Source: an uncultured Klebsiella sp. (GTDB lineage: Bacteria > Pseudomonadota > Gammaproteobacteria > Ga0077536). Taken from it: a stretch of DNA of 64,000 bases. The notes beneath the pieces are model-generated. The model had not been told where the DNA came from. It searched no databases and saw only the letters and a list, made by a program, of their open reading frames with translations. The DNA lies in NCBI GenBank assembly GCA_964555355.1, contig CAZKRY010000003.1, positions 192,878-256,877 on the forward strand, in the 5' to 3' direction. The position numbers and the translations under genes are program-made. This document shows, one piece after another, positions 9,421 through 18,401 of the stretch (positions are counted from its first letter, which is position 1; the number at the start of each line of letters is the position of its first letter).

Positions 9421-10284
9421 TTAGCTCCGCAAGAACTCAAGGTGTAAGCGGTTGAAGGTTGCGGCATCTTCAAACTGCGGCCAATGCCCGCATCCTTTCA
9501 TCAATTTGAATATCGCGTTAGGAATGAGCGCGGCTAAGCGTTCACCCACCTCAACCGCCGCGGTGGGATCTTTGTCAGTCCACAACACCAGGGTTGGCGC
9601 GCGGATTGCACGCCATTCGTCGTCGGTCAAATTATTGCGCAAACGAATCTCGGGTTCTTGAAGGCAGAGGATCTGCGGCATCGCATTTAGCATGACGGGC
9701 TGTTGGTAGATGGCCTGCCGGCAGGCGACGAGATCGTCGGTCACGGTGGTTGGATCAGCCATCAACCATTCGAGTCTTGCCTTGACCGTGTCCCAAGTTG
9801 GATTGGCTACCGCCGCCATCGTCAGCGTTTTGATCCGTTGCATGACTTCCGCGTTCATGGTCGCCCCGCCGGTGGTATTGAGCACGAGGCGACCGACGCG
9901 CGCGGGGTACTTGAGCGCAAAGCGCGCCGCCACCCAACCGCCCAAGGATTCGCCCGAGAGATGGATCCGTGCAAACCCGAGCGTGTCCGCTATCTCGCGC
10001 ACGTGCTCGACATAACGATCGATCTCGTACGGAAAATCCGGCTTGTCCGAGAAACCATGACCGATTAGGTCGACAGCGTAGGTATCAAATGATTCGCCGT
10101 GGGCAAGCAGATTGCGCGCGTAACACTCGGCGTGTCCGCCGGTGCCGTGCAGCAGAATGAGTGGCGGAGAGCCGCGCTTTCCGGCATGTAAAAAACGTGT
10201 GCGGTAGCCGCCTGCGTGGAGATAACCCTGTTCGAAGCTCCCACCACGCAGATCGCTCCAGAAACTATTCAATGCGTTGTTCAC
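9421..10284 (-). CDS. Meta-cleavage-product hydrolase (alpha/beta hydrolase, MhpC/BphD-like)
   Basis: LLHGTGG, nucleophile elbow GESLGG, C-terminal CGHWPQFE. Overlaps the oxygenase gene by 4 bp. Confidence 0.85.
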   Translation of the reverse strand: MNNALNSFWSDLRGGSFEQGYLHAGGYRTRFLHAGKRGSPPLILLHGTGGHAECYARNLLAHGESFDTYAVDLIGHGFSDKPDFPYEIDRYVEHVREIADTLGFARIHLSGESLGGWVAARFALKYPARVGRLVLNTTGGATMNAEVMQRIKTLTMAAVANPTWDTVKARLEWLMADPTTVTDDLVACRQAIYQQPVMLNAMPQILCLQEPEIRLRNNLTDDEWRAIRAPTLVLWTDKDPTAAVEVGERLAALIPNAIFKLMKGCGHWPQFEDAATFNRLHLEFLRS

Positions 10285-11735
10285 AGTCCCTCCACCAACC
10301 GCTTGAGATGATCGAGATAGTAGCCTTTTCTAGCGTATTCTCGCTGAATTCCGGCAAGTAACGCGCCGCGTTCACCGGCGTAATTCATTTCATAAAGCTC
10401 GTGCCGAGCACCAAACTCACTGCCGCAAATATCCCACGCAAGTTTGTACAGCACTGCTTTGTCGCGACCGGACACGCCGGCACCGCGCAATGATTTTTCT
10501 AACGCATCCGCGATCGGCGAATTGAATTCGTTCAAGCTTACCGGCAGCTGAATCAAGCCGCCGCCGGCGACGCGCTTTAACATGTCAACGAGCTTGGGGT
10601 AGTACACCGGACCGAGTGCGCGTCCGGTTTGTAAGGCGGCGAGGTCGGGATAGAGGACGAGGTTTTCGGGATCGACGGTCGCTTGTTCTTCGGCCGAGCG
10701 CGTGGTGCTGCGGATGACCTCCAAGCAAGCGACCGCCTCTCCCAACATCTCCATCATATCGCTTTTTTGAGCGAGACCGGTAACTTCTGTTAAACGATTT
10801 ATCAACGCATAGACAAAACCTAGTTTTGTCTCGAGCCGAGCATTGGTCTGGTGGGCGGTGAATTCGCGCATGCGCGAATCGCGATACATGCGATTGAGGA
10901 GTGAAATATCTTCGTGCAGAAAGACCCTTTCCCAAGGCACCAGCACATGATCGAATACCACTGTCGCATCGAGTTCGTCGAAGCGCGACGACAACGGATG
11001 ATCGCCACGCACGCCCTGCAAAGGTGCGAACGACGGACGGCAGAGGGTCTTTAATCCTTTAGTGTTCATCGGAATCGCGAACACATTGGCATACGCTTCC
11101 TCGCCCGGTTGAAAGGTTGGCGGGAACGGCCATACGAGTAACTCGTCGGCATAGGGTGCCGCGGTCGCGATCCGTTTGATGCCATTGACGATGAGACCTT
11201 CGTTTGTGCGCTCGACAATCTTCAGCGGGATCTCCGGAGCTGACTGCTGGTGGCGCGACCTGCCCTTGTCGAGCTGCGGATCGAGAAGCGCGTGCGTCAG
11301 AAATAAATCGTTACGGGCGATGTACCGGTAGTAGTCGACCACGGCGGCAGCACGCGCCGGCGCGCATTCGGCAAAAAAACTTTTCTTGGCGGCAAGCGAC
11401 ATCACCATCACATTGAGGAAGTCCGGGCTGCGCCCCATCATCCCGTAGGTGGCTTCGGCCCATATAACATAGGCCTCGCGCTTTAAGCGTAGCTGTCCGC
11501 GCGTTCGCGGGATCTCGAAAGGTCGCGCGATCCGCTCGCCAAATTCCGGGCAATCCACCGTTAAGGTGTCGCGATGGCGTGCCTCGTGCTGCAGGTCATA
11601 CAGCATGGCGGTCGATTTGATTGCGGCGGCCATTGGCGCAAATGTCGTGACGTCTTCGACGCGCTTGCCGTCGTACCACACTTCACGTCCATCGTGTAGA
11701 CCAGCGAGATATTGTTGTCCTGTCCGGATCCCCAT
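10281..11735 (-). CDS. HpaB-family two-component flavin-dependent monooxygenase, oxygenase component (4-hydroxyphenylacetate 3-monooxygenase-like)
   Basis: YLAGLHDGREVWYDGKRVEDVT, DHPLSSRFDELDA and GARHELYEMNYAG closely parallel E. coli HpaB. Confidence 0.85.
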   Translation of the reverse strand: MGIRTGQQYLAGLHDGREVWYDGKRVEDVTTFAPMAAAIKSTAMLYDLQHEARHRDTLTVDCPEFGERIARPFEIPRTRGQLRLKREAYVIWAEATYGMMGRSPDFLNVMVMSLAAKKSFFAECAPARAAAVVDYYRYIARNDLFLTHALLDPQLDKGRSRHQQSAPEIPLKIVERTNEGLIVNGIKRIATAAPYADELLVWPFPPTFQPGEEAYANVFAIPMNTKGLKTLCRPSFAPLQGVRGDHPLSSRFDELDATVVFDHVLVPWERVFLHEDISLLNRMYRDSRMREFTAHQTNARLETKLGFVYALINRLTEVTGLAQKSDMMEMLGEAVACLEVIRSTTRSAEEQATVDPENLVLYPDLAALQTGRALGPVYYPKLVDMLKRVAGGGLIQLPVSLNEFNSPIADALEKSLRGAGVSGRDKAVLYKLAWDICGSEFGARHELYEMNYAGERGALLAGIQREYARKGYYLDHLKRLVEGL

Positions 11736-11772
11736 GACTTCTATTCCTCATTTTTGCGCCGTGTTCGACACT

Positions 11773-11789
11773 TCCTGCCAATGTGGCAG
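11773..11789. promoter_or_regulatory. Palindrome CCTGCCA-atg-TGGCAGG in the divergent promoter
   Basis: Read directly from the sequence. Confidence 0.4.
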
Positions 11790-11824
11790 GTCTGAGCAGG
11801 CGCGACTTGAGTGCCATTCTCGCT

Positions 11825-11840
11825 ACTAATATATTAGTAT
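11825..11840. promoter_or_regulatory. Perfect 16-bp palindrome TACTAATATATTAGTA; candidate GntR-type operator
   Basis: Perfect dyad symmetry, 34 bp upstream of the GntR ATG and in the promoter of the divergent catabolic operon. Confidence 0.5.
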
Positions 11841-11873
11841 GTCAATGAACCTATTCATCTGGACAACACTGCC

Positions 11874-12623
11874 ATGTCGAAGCGATCCATAAAAAGCGGC
11901 GACGCCTTTGCGCTACGTGGTGCGTCCATCGGCGGGCGCGCGCACGACGCTTATGCACATTTGCTGCTGGAGTTGTTGGAAGGCGAACTCCGGCCTGACG
12001 ACTGGATCGCCGTCAATGACATCGCAAGTAAACTCGACTGTAGCCGCGTGCCGGTCATGGAAGCAGTGAAGCGCCTCGCTGGTGATGGTTTCTTGACCAT
12101 CGTCCCGCAAGTCGGCTGTCGGGTCGTGTCGCCCGAGCCGCGAGAGGTGCTCGACTTTTTTTCGCTGTTCGCCGCCGTGGAAGGGTGTGTCACGCGGATG
12201 GCCGCGGAACGTCGTGCGCCTGAGGAACTAGTGGGATTCAAAGAAGTCTGTGCACACGTCGATCGGTTATTACGCGATGCGGGCCCGCCGTCGGCCCATG
12301 ATCCTGTCTACCGTCGGGCGAATTTGCTTTTTCACTCGCAAATTCACGCCCTAGCGAAATCGCCGCAAACCTGTCGAGTCGCGATGGGGATGTGGGACCG
12401 GAGCGATTTTTACATCAAAGTCGCCTTCGGTTCGCTTCACTTCAATCAGCGTGTGCGCGCCGCGCATCTCGCAATTCGGCGCGCCATCGAACAGGGTAAT
12501 GCCGACGAGGCCGAACGTGCGGTCGAACAACATTTGCGTGCGGTAGGGCTTGCGGTCAGTCGTCGATTAGACGAAAGAACGGAGTCGCCCGGCGCCAAGC
12601 CTCGGACTCCTACGCGCCTTTGA
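11874..12623 (+). CDS. GntR-family transcriptional regulator (FadR/FCD C-terminal domain)
   Basis: N-terminal wHTH (IASKLDCSRVPVMEAVKRLAGDGFL) plus an alpha-helical FCD-like C-terminus. Confidence 0.8.
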   Translation: MSKRSIKSGDAFALRGASIGGRAHDAYAHLLLELLEGELRPDDWIAVNDIASKLDCSRVPVMEAVKRLAGDGFLTIVPQVGCRVVSPEPREVLDFFSLFAAVEGCVTRMAAERRAPEELVGFKEVCAHVDRLLRDAGPPSAHDPVYRRANLLFHSQIHALAKSPQTCRVAMGMWDRSDFYIKVAFGSLHFNQRVRAAHLAIRRAIEQGNADEAERAVEQHLRAVGLAVSRRLDERTESPGAKPRTPTRL

Positions 12624-12668
12624 TGAATTTTCGGGTTGGTGGCAAGGCTCGATAGTTTGCCGCTGACG

Positions 12669-13661
12669 TTAGTCAACCGCTTTGCGGTGAAAACTTAAAT
12701 AGTCAGCGGCGGTGTCACGCGGCCGCTCCACCATCGGGCAGTGCCCCATGTACGGCATGATCCTGACATCGGCTTGCGGCAACATTTTTTTCAGTGTCGT
12801 GGCACCCGAGCGATGAACAAGGCGATCGTCATCACCCCACACAATTAACGTTGGCGTCGTAAGGCCAGCGATTCGGTCTTCGAGAAATATCGGATCGCCG
12901 AAAATTTCATCGAACATCTTTTGGTTAAAGGCGCGATTTTGCATGCCGCGCTCGCGCCAGATGCGATTGAACTCAGCCGGGACCCATGGGGTTTTCGCAA
13001 AAACCATGTTGGCGAGACGTTTGCCGCTCACATCGGTTTCCATCATTAGCACGTTGTCGCCGCGCGCGATTAAGTTAAATAGCTCGCTTAGCTCGGCATC
13101 GCGCGAGCCCGCGGGCGCGAGTAGCCATAACGACTGGACCTGTTCGGGCGCTTTCGCCGCGTACATGGCGGATAAGTACCCGCCCATCGAGTTGCCACCA
13201 AGATGAAACTTGTGCAGCCCTAACGAGCTGGCGAATTTACCGATGCGCTCCAATTGGCTATCCAAATCGTAACGCGCTTCAGAAAGACGCGAAGCGTCAC
13301 CGAAGCCGGGGATGTCCGGCGCGATAACGCGAAAATGCGGCGTTAAAAATTTCGCAATCTGCGACCAATGATCTTTTTCGGCGCCAAAACCGTGTAACAG
13401 CAGCAGTGGCTCACCGATTCCGCCTTCGAGATACGGTATGCGGTGATCGTCAATCATGGTTTCCTTGAGGGTGAGACCAGACAGCCTGCGCTGTGTACGC
13501 TTGGCAAACTCAAAACATTTTTCGGGAAAGAGCTTGTACCCGGCGTATGTCGCGCCAGCCAGCAGCAAAAGTTTACCTAACATGTAAGCCCCTCCCCCCA
13601 AGTTGTTCGTCGTTGCAGTATAAAGCACCTCGCGCAACGCCACGGCATCGCGTCTACTCAA
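12669..13661 (-). CDS. Alpha/beta hydrolase (possible N-terminal membrane anchor; alternative start at 13583)
   Basis: LLLHGFGAEKDHW, GNSMGG nucleophile elbow, C-terminal MGHCPMVE. Confidence 0.7.
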   Translation of the reverse strand: MSRRDAVALREVLYTATTNNLGGGAYMLGKLLLLAGATYAGYKLFPEKCFEFAKRTQRRLSGLTLKETMIDDHRIPYLEGGIGEPLLLLHGFGAEKDHWSQIAKFLTPHFRVIAPDIPGFGDASRLSEARYDLDSQLERIGKFASSLGLHKFHLGGNSMGGYLSAMYAAKAPEQVQSLWLLAPAGSRDAELSELFNLIARGDNVLMMETDVSGKRLANMVFAKTPWVPAEFNRIWRERGMQNRAFNQKMFDEIFGDPIFLEDRIAGLTTPTLIVWGDDDRLVHRSGATTLKKMLPQADVRIMPYMGHCPMVERPRDTAADYLSFHRKAVD

Positions 13662-15378
13662 TGACCGGTAACAGCAGATGCGAAGCGCGAGCGCTATCGT
13701 GAAATACGCGCTGCATTACGGGTTCAAGATGGACTGCCTCGTGGGCGAGTTCAAATGTATTGGGGTTCCGGTCGTAGCGCGGAAAGTCGCTCGAGGTCAC
13801 GATGACATGCAAACGATGGCCGGCGCCGAAGACCATCGCCGTCGACCACAGATCAACCTCTACTTTCAACACTTCGTTGGGTTCGACCGGAATGCGCGTG
13901 CGGCCATCGCGGAAAGACAACCGCAAGATACCGTCGCACACGTTGAATATGTGCCCATCCGGATGCACGTCGCACAGCTTTACAATGAAATCGGTGTCGC
14001 GACCGGAGGTCGCGACATACAGTACCGCGCGCACCGGCCCGATCACTTCAAGGGGAGTGGTTAGGGGCGATGAAATGTAATTCAACACATCGCGACGCGC
14101 TGCAATTTTGCTTTGTTCAACCGGCCCCGCAGTGTATTGCGCCGGAAGCAAGACGGTGCCGCCGGCAGTGGGGCAAGGGTCGTTAGGATTAAAAACGAAA
14201 GCGCGCGCGAGCGCGGTTGACGGTGTATGTTTGCGCGACAAAGTGGCGTCCCCGTTGAGGTACCACGGTGTCGGCCGTGCGCGTACCAATGGCCAAGTCT
14301 CTTCGTCGCGCCAGCGATTGATTCCTTGGACGAAGATATTAACGGGTGCTTCTTGCTGCGGCATTTCTTGTGCGTTGCGCAACCAATGCTCAAACCAACG
14401 GAGTTGCAGGCGGGTCAGATCCTCGCGCATATCCATCAACAGGCCATTGGCGCGAAAGCCGAAATCAAGCTGCCCAACGACGTTCTGAAACATGCCATGC
14501 GACCACGGCCCGATCACGAGCCGAGTCGCATTCCGTGCGAGTTCGCTACCGCCGTGCGTGCGCATCGCTTGAAAATGCTGCAGGTCGGCGGACAGTAAGA
14601 GGTCATGCCAACCGGCGATGATGAGCGCCGGCGCTTTCACTTGAGCATGACGTCCGGTCATGAGCAGATCTTGCGTCCACGCGTCAGGGATCGGGTGTTT
14701 TAGAAATTCAAAAAAGAAGGGTAGAAAAGAAGGATCTTCCGGCCGCGCCGGCAAAAATTGCTGCAATGGAAGTTGCTGCACCACATTCTCAAAATCATCG
14801 ATATCGTCGATCAACTGGGTAAGCAGTGGAAAAAATTCTGCGGGATTTGGGCGCGCGCGAATTAGTGCGGCAGGTCCAATCGCGCGCAACGCCCACATCG
14901 CAAGCGTGCCGATATTGAGGGCACCGCCGCGCCAAAAATGATCGCGCCAGAAATCGAGTGGCGCGGTGGTGGGCGAAAGCGCACGAAGTGCCGGATGGCC
15001 TGAAGCTGCCGCAAGCCAGGACGTGCCACCCATGTAAGACAGCCCATAACAGCCGACCGCGCCGTTCGAGAAGGATTGCGCCGCCGCCCACGCAATCGAA
15101 TCCGCCCCATCTCGCGCTTCGTCACGATAGGGAAAAAACGTGCCGCCACCGGAGGCCCAGCGCGCTCGGACATCTTGAATGATGACTGCAAATCCCGCCG
15201 CCGCCGCCCGAATGGGGTCTAACGTCATCGCGGTGATTGGCCATAACTCCTTGTTATATGGGGTTCTTTGCAGCAGCACGGGATACTTGCCCGGGGCGGA
15301 TGGCCGGTAGATATCGGCACGCAATTCAGTGCCGTCGGCGAGTGGGATCGCCACGTTTTTCTCAACCAACACCGTCAT
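13654..15378 (-). CDS. CocE/NonD-family hydrolase (S15 X-Pro dipeptidyl-peptidase fold)
   Basis: RADIYRPSAPGKYPVLLQRTPYNK N-terminus; GLSYMG nucleophile motif. Confidence 0.8.
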   Translation of the reverse strand: MTVLVEKNVAIPLADGTELRADIYRPSAPGKYPVLLQRTPYNKELWPITAMTLDPIRAAAAGFAVIIQDVRARWASGGGTFFPYRDEARDGADSIAWAAAQSFSNGAVGCYGLSYMGGTSWLAAASGHPALRALSPTTAPLDFWRDHFWRGGALNIGTLAMWALRAIGPAALIRARPNPAEFFPLLTQLIDDIDDFENVVQQLPLQQFLPARPEDPSFLPFFFEFLKHPIPDAWTQDLLMTGRHAQVKAPALIIAGWHDLLLSADLQHFQAMRTHGGSELARNATRLVIGPWSHGMFQNVVGQLDFGFRANGLLMDMREDLTRLQLRWFEHWLRNAQEMPQQEAPVNIFVQGINRWRDEETWPLVRARPTPWYLNGDATLSRKHTPSTALARAFVFNPNDPCPTAGGTVLLPAQYTAGPVEQSKIAARRDVLNYISSPLTTPLEVIGPVRAVLYVATSGRDTDFIVKLCDVHPDGHIFNVCDGILRLSFRDGRTRIPVEPNEVLKVEVDLWSTAMVFGAGHRLHVIVTSSDFPRYDRNPNTFELAHEAVHLEPVMQRVFHDSARASHLLLPVIE

Positions 15379-15413
15379 TCGAAACGTCCTTTGTGAGCGC
15401 TTTTTAAAAAAAA

Positions 15414-15480
15414 TGTTGCATTGCGATTGACATCTAATCGGATGGCTTCTATAAATGTCAATGTATTTTGCGGTGCAACA
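15414..15480. promoter_or_regulatory. Nested inverted repeat TGTTGCA..TTGACAT / ATGTCAA..TGCAACA upstream of the phasin-like gene
   Basis: Arms 15414-15420/15474-15480 and 15427-15433/15455-15461 are reverse complements. Confidence 0.45.
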
Positions 15481-15527
15481 ATCCGCGCCACTGCCCTAGG
15501 TACAACGACTCTAGTGAGGACTCGACG

Positions 15528-15947
15528 ATGGCCACAGCCACCAACGCACAAGACACTCTGCTCAATCCGGAATCTTTTGGCCCGTATTTCGACAAGCTGA
15601 CCGAGCGTATGGACGAAGTCAGCACCGCGCTCAAAGATTCACACGCTCGCACCCAGCGTATCGGCGCCGAACTAATGGACGCCTTCTTGGCAAGCCAACG
15701 CGATATGCTGTCGTTAACCAAGCAAGTCACGCTGAAGCCACAAGACTACGCCGCGAACATCAAGGCGATGGTCGATGCGTCGACCGTCGCACAAGAACGT
15801 GCCATGTCGCTTGCAAAAACGTTCTATCGCGAACAAGCAGATGTCGCGGGCGAATTCCGTAAGGTGTTTCAGTCGGCTTGTGAGTCGACTGCTTGCATGA
15901 CCGAAGACGGCCGCAATATCGCGAGTTTTTGGTCCAAAGCTCGCTAA
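15528..15947 (+). CDS. Putative phasin / PHA-granule-associated protein (140 aa)
   Basis: Small helical acidic protein, GTGAGGA RBS, located at the head of a PHA synthase cluster. Family assignment is by context. Confidence 0.4.
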   Translation: MATATNAQDTLLNPESFGPYFDKLTERMDEVSTALKDSHARTQRIGAELMDAFLASQRDMLSLTKQVTLKPQDYAANIKAMVDASTVAQERAMSLAKTFYREQADVAGEFRKVFQSACESTACMTEDGRNIASFWSKAR

Positions 15948-16025
15948 ACGCGGGGCGAAAGGCAGCGCCGCTCGTACTTGCGCGGCGCTGTTCGGCGCAT
16001 CCTTAACAACCAATAAGAAAGCGCT

Positions 16026-16841
16026 ATGTCAGACGATCGTTTCGCTCCGCAGGGATTGGAAGACAGCCCATTCGAACACGACCCCTCGGTCGAGGCGACG
16101 CTTACGCCCTTATGGCGCGAGGCGGCCTGGCCCTTGGAATGGTTGCGCTTACGCGCGAGTCCGGTGTTCTATGGGTGCGGCGTCACGCGCGGTGCGGGTG
16201 AACCGGTGCTGTTGATCCCGGGATTCATGGCGGGAGACGCCATGATGCTTGAACTTCACCGATGGTTAAAGCGCATCGGCTATCGGTCGTATCTATCGAA
16301 CATCGCGTGGAACAACGATTGTCCGGACCGCACAGCTAAACGCATGGCGCTGCGCTTGCAGTCGATAAAACGCGAAACCGGCCGCAACGTGCGGATCATC
16401 GGACATAGCTTGGGCGGAATGTTGGCCAAGAGCCTCACGCAGGATCATCCCGAGGTTATCGACCGCATTATTACATTGGGCTCGCCGTTTCGGTCGTTGG
16501 TTAAAGCGCACCCGGCCGTCGTCGGCATTTGGGAGCAATTGAAAGTCAATCGCAGCAAATTAGTCGGGCGCCACTTGAAGGCATCGTGCGGCACCGGTCA
16601 TTGCTTGTGCGGATTTGTAAAGAATCTAGTGCAACCTGAACACCGTCCGGTGGCGCAATTTGCAGTCTACTCGCGGGCCGACGGCGTAGCCGATTGGAGT
16701 AGCTGTGTGGAAGACGATCCCGCGGCTAACACCGAAGTGAACTGCACGCACATCGGCATGATTTATCACCCTGATGTTTATCAGGCGATCGCGCGGCGCT
16801 TGGCGCAACCGCTTGCAAACACCTCGGCGCCGATCGTTTAA
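16026..16841 (+). CDS. Alpha/beta hydrolase with lipase box GHSLGG (lipase/esterase-like); Cys-rich insert CGTGHCLCG
   Basis: GHSLGG nucleophile elbow. Sits between the phasin-like gene and phaE. Confidence 0.6.
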   Translation: MSDDRFAPQGLEDSPFEHDPSVEATLTPLWREAAWPLEWLRLRASPVFYGCGVTRGAGEPVLLIPGFMAGDAMMLELHRWLKRIGYRSYLSNIAWNNDCPDRTAKRMALRLQSIKRETGRNVRIIGHSLGGMLAKSLTQDHPEVIDRIITLGSPFRSLVKAHPAVVGIWEQLKVNRSKLVGRHLKASCGTGHCLCGFVKNLVQPEHRPVAQFAVYSRADGVADWSSCVEDDPAANTEVNCTHIGMIYHPDVYQAIARRLAQPLANTSAPIV

Positions 16842-16866
16842 AAAACCAAAGACTAGGACGCTTCTT

Positions 16867-17262
16867 ATGTCGAACGAAAAATTGGATCCGATGGCTCTGT
16901 GGCGCGATTGGTTTGTAAAGTCCGAGAAATCTTGGAGCCAGGCCATGACCGACATGATGGGGGATGAACGATTCTCCAAGGGGTTTGGCCGGTATATGCA
17001 AGAAGCGCTGCATACACACCGGATGTTCACCGAAGGCATGAGCCAGTATCTCGCTAATTTGAACCTGCCATCACGCTCGGACGTGCTCGAAGTCTCCGAT
17101 CGCCTGGGCCAACTGGAAGACGCCGTCGCTGCTTTGCAAGTCGAGTTGCGGGAACAGCGCGTGCAACTGGCCCGAATCCTGCAGTCGAATGGAGTAGCGT
17201 CGCCGATCGACACGCCGGTCCGGCCGAGTCGCACGAAACGCCCCCCAGGAGAAGGCAACTGA
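16867..17262 (+). CDS. phaE: Short PhaE/PhaR-like PHA synthase subunit (131 aa)
   Basis: NLPSRSDVLEVSDRLGQLEDAV motif resembles the PhaE C-terminal region. Stop TGA overlaps the phaC ATG by one nt (TGATG). Confidence 0.5.
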   Translation: MSNEKLDPMALWRDWFVKSEKSWSQAMTDMMGDERFSKGFGRYMQEALHTHRMFTEGMSQYLANLNLPSRSDVLEVSDRLGQLEDAVAALQVELREQRVQLARILQSNGVASPIDTPVRPSRTKRPPGEGN

Positions 17263-18365
17263 TGGCTGCTGCATCGCTTATGGACACTGGCGCCGCCGGT
17301 GACAAAGCACAGATTGAAGAGCGCGTTAAGAAGGCGGTCGATCGCGCGCTTTCGCGTAATATTCCGGGGCTTGCGCTGCAACAGGCCGAACTCGATTTGG
17401 AAGTCGGCCAAACGCCCAAGGAATTGATTTATACGCGGGATTCCTTGCGTCTTTATCACTATTTGCCACTGACTTCCGAGATCTATCGGGTGCCGGTGCT
17501 CATTGTGATGTCGCCGGTCGCGCGCGGTTACATTCTCGATCTCGCCAAGGGGCAGAGCTTCATCGAATATCTGCTGCTGCAGGGATATGATGTCTACTTG
17601 ATGGATTGGGTGCCGCCGCGACGCGAACATGCACATCTTGGCATGGCGGATTTCGCCCTGAATTTGATCGACGAAAGCATCACAAGAGTGCAAAACGACT
17701 GCGGCGAGACCGAAGTCTCCGTCGTCGGCTATTGCATGGGCGGCTTACTCGCGGTGATGAATGCCGCGATTCACGACCATGGTCCGATCAAGAATTTAGT
17801 CTGCTTTACCACACCGGTGAATGCCGACGGCATGCCACTTTACAAAACATGGGTGGAAACCGAAGCATTCGATATCGATCGGATCGTGCGCGAGCTCGGC
17901 ATCATTCCCGGTGACATGATCAACGCATCGATTCAAGCACTGCGCCCGCTACAAAAACGCGCCAATCAAATGCAACTGTTGAATAACGTCGAGAACGATG
18001 CCTTTGTCACCGCGAGTCTGCGGTTTGACCGTTGGGCCGCGGATCAGCTGCCGATCCCGGGCGAACTGGCGCGCGACATGGTGCGTGACTTTCTACGCGG
18101 CAATAAGCTCGTCAAAAACGAATACATGCTGGGCGGTCAGCGCGTCGAATTAGGTATGGTGCAAATTCCGTTTTTGCATGTGGCGGCCGAGTTTGACCAT
18201 ATTGTCCCAACGGCCGCCTCAAGCGACTTAGCGAAACTGGTGGGAAGCAAAGATAAAAAAGAAATTATCGTCAAAGGCGGACACGTCAGTCTGGTCGCGG
18301 GTGGCAACGCCGTCTATCGACTGTGGCCGCAACTCGATAGCTGGCTCAGCGCGCGTTCCGTATAA
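17262..18365 (+). CDS. phaC: Class III poly(R)-hydroxyalkanoate synthase catalytic subunit PhaC
   Basis: ~367 aa, lipase-box GYCMGG with catalytic Cys, overall class III PhaC pattern. Confidence 0.85.
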   Translation: MAAASLMDTGAAGDKAQIEERVKKAVDRALSRNIPGLALQQAELDLEVGQTPKELIYTRDSLRLYHYLPLTSEIYRVPVLIVMSPVARGYILDLAKGQSFIEYLLLQGYDVYLMDWVPPRREHAHLGMADFALNLIDESITRVQNDCGETEVSVVGYCMGGLLAVMNAAIHDHGPIKNLVCFTTPVNADGMPLYKTWVETEAFDIDRIVRELGIIPGDMINASIQALRPLQKRANQMQLLNNVENDAFVTASLRFDRWAADQLPIPGELARDMVRDFLRGNKLVKNEYMLGGQRVELGMVQIPFLHVAAEFDHIVPTAASSDLAKLVGSKDKKEIIVKGGHVSLVAGGNAVYRLWPQLDSWLSARSV

Positions 18366-18401
18366 TCTCCACCATTCTGAAGCTCCCGAGACCTTATCGT
18401 T

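Noticed and set aside
8488-11735. Steroid A/B-ring degradation (TesA1/TesB/TesD-like) interpretation of the oxygenase-hydrolase-dioxygenase trio
   Set aside because: The oxygenase is E. coli HpaB-type, not HsaA/TesA1-type. No tesEFG or CoA-ligase context is present, so a phenolic-acid pathway is more parsimonious.
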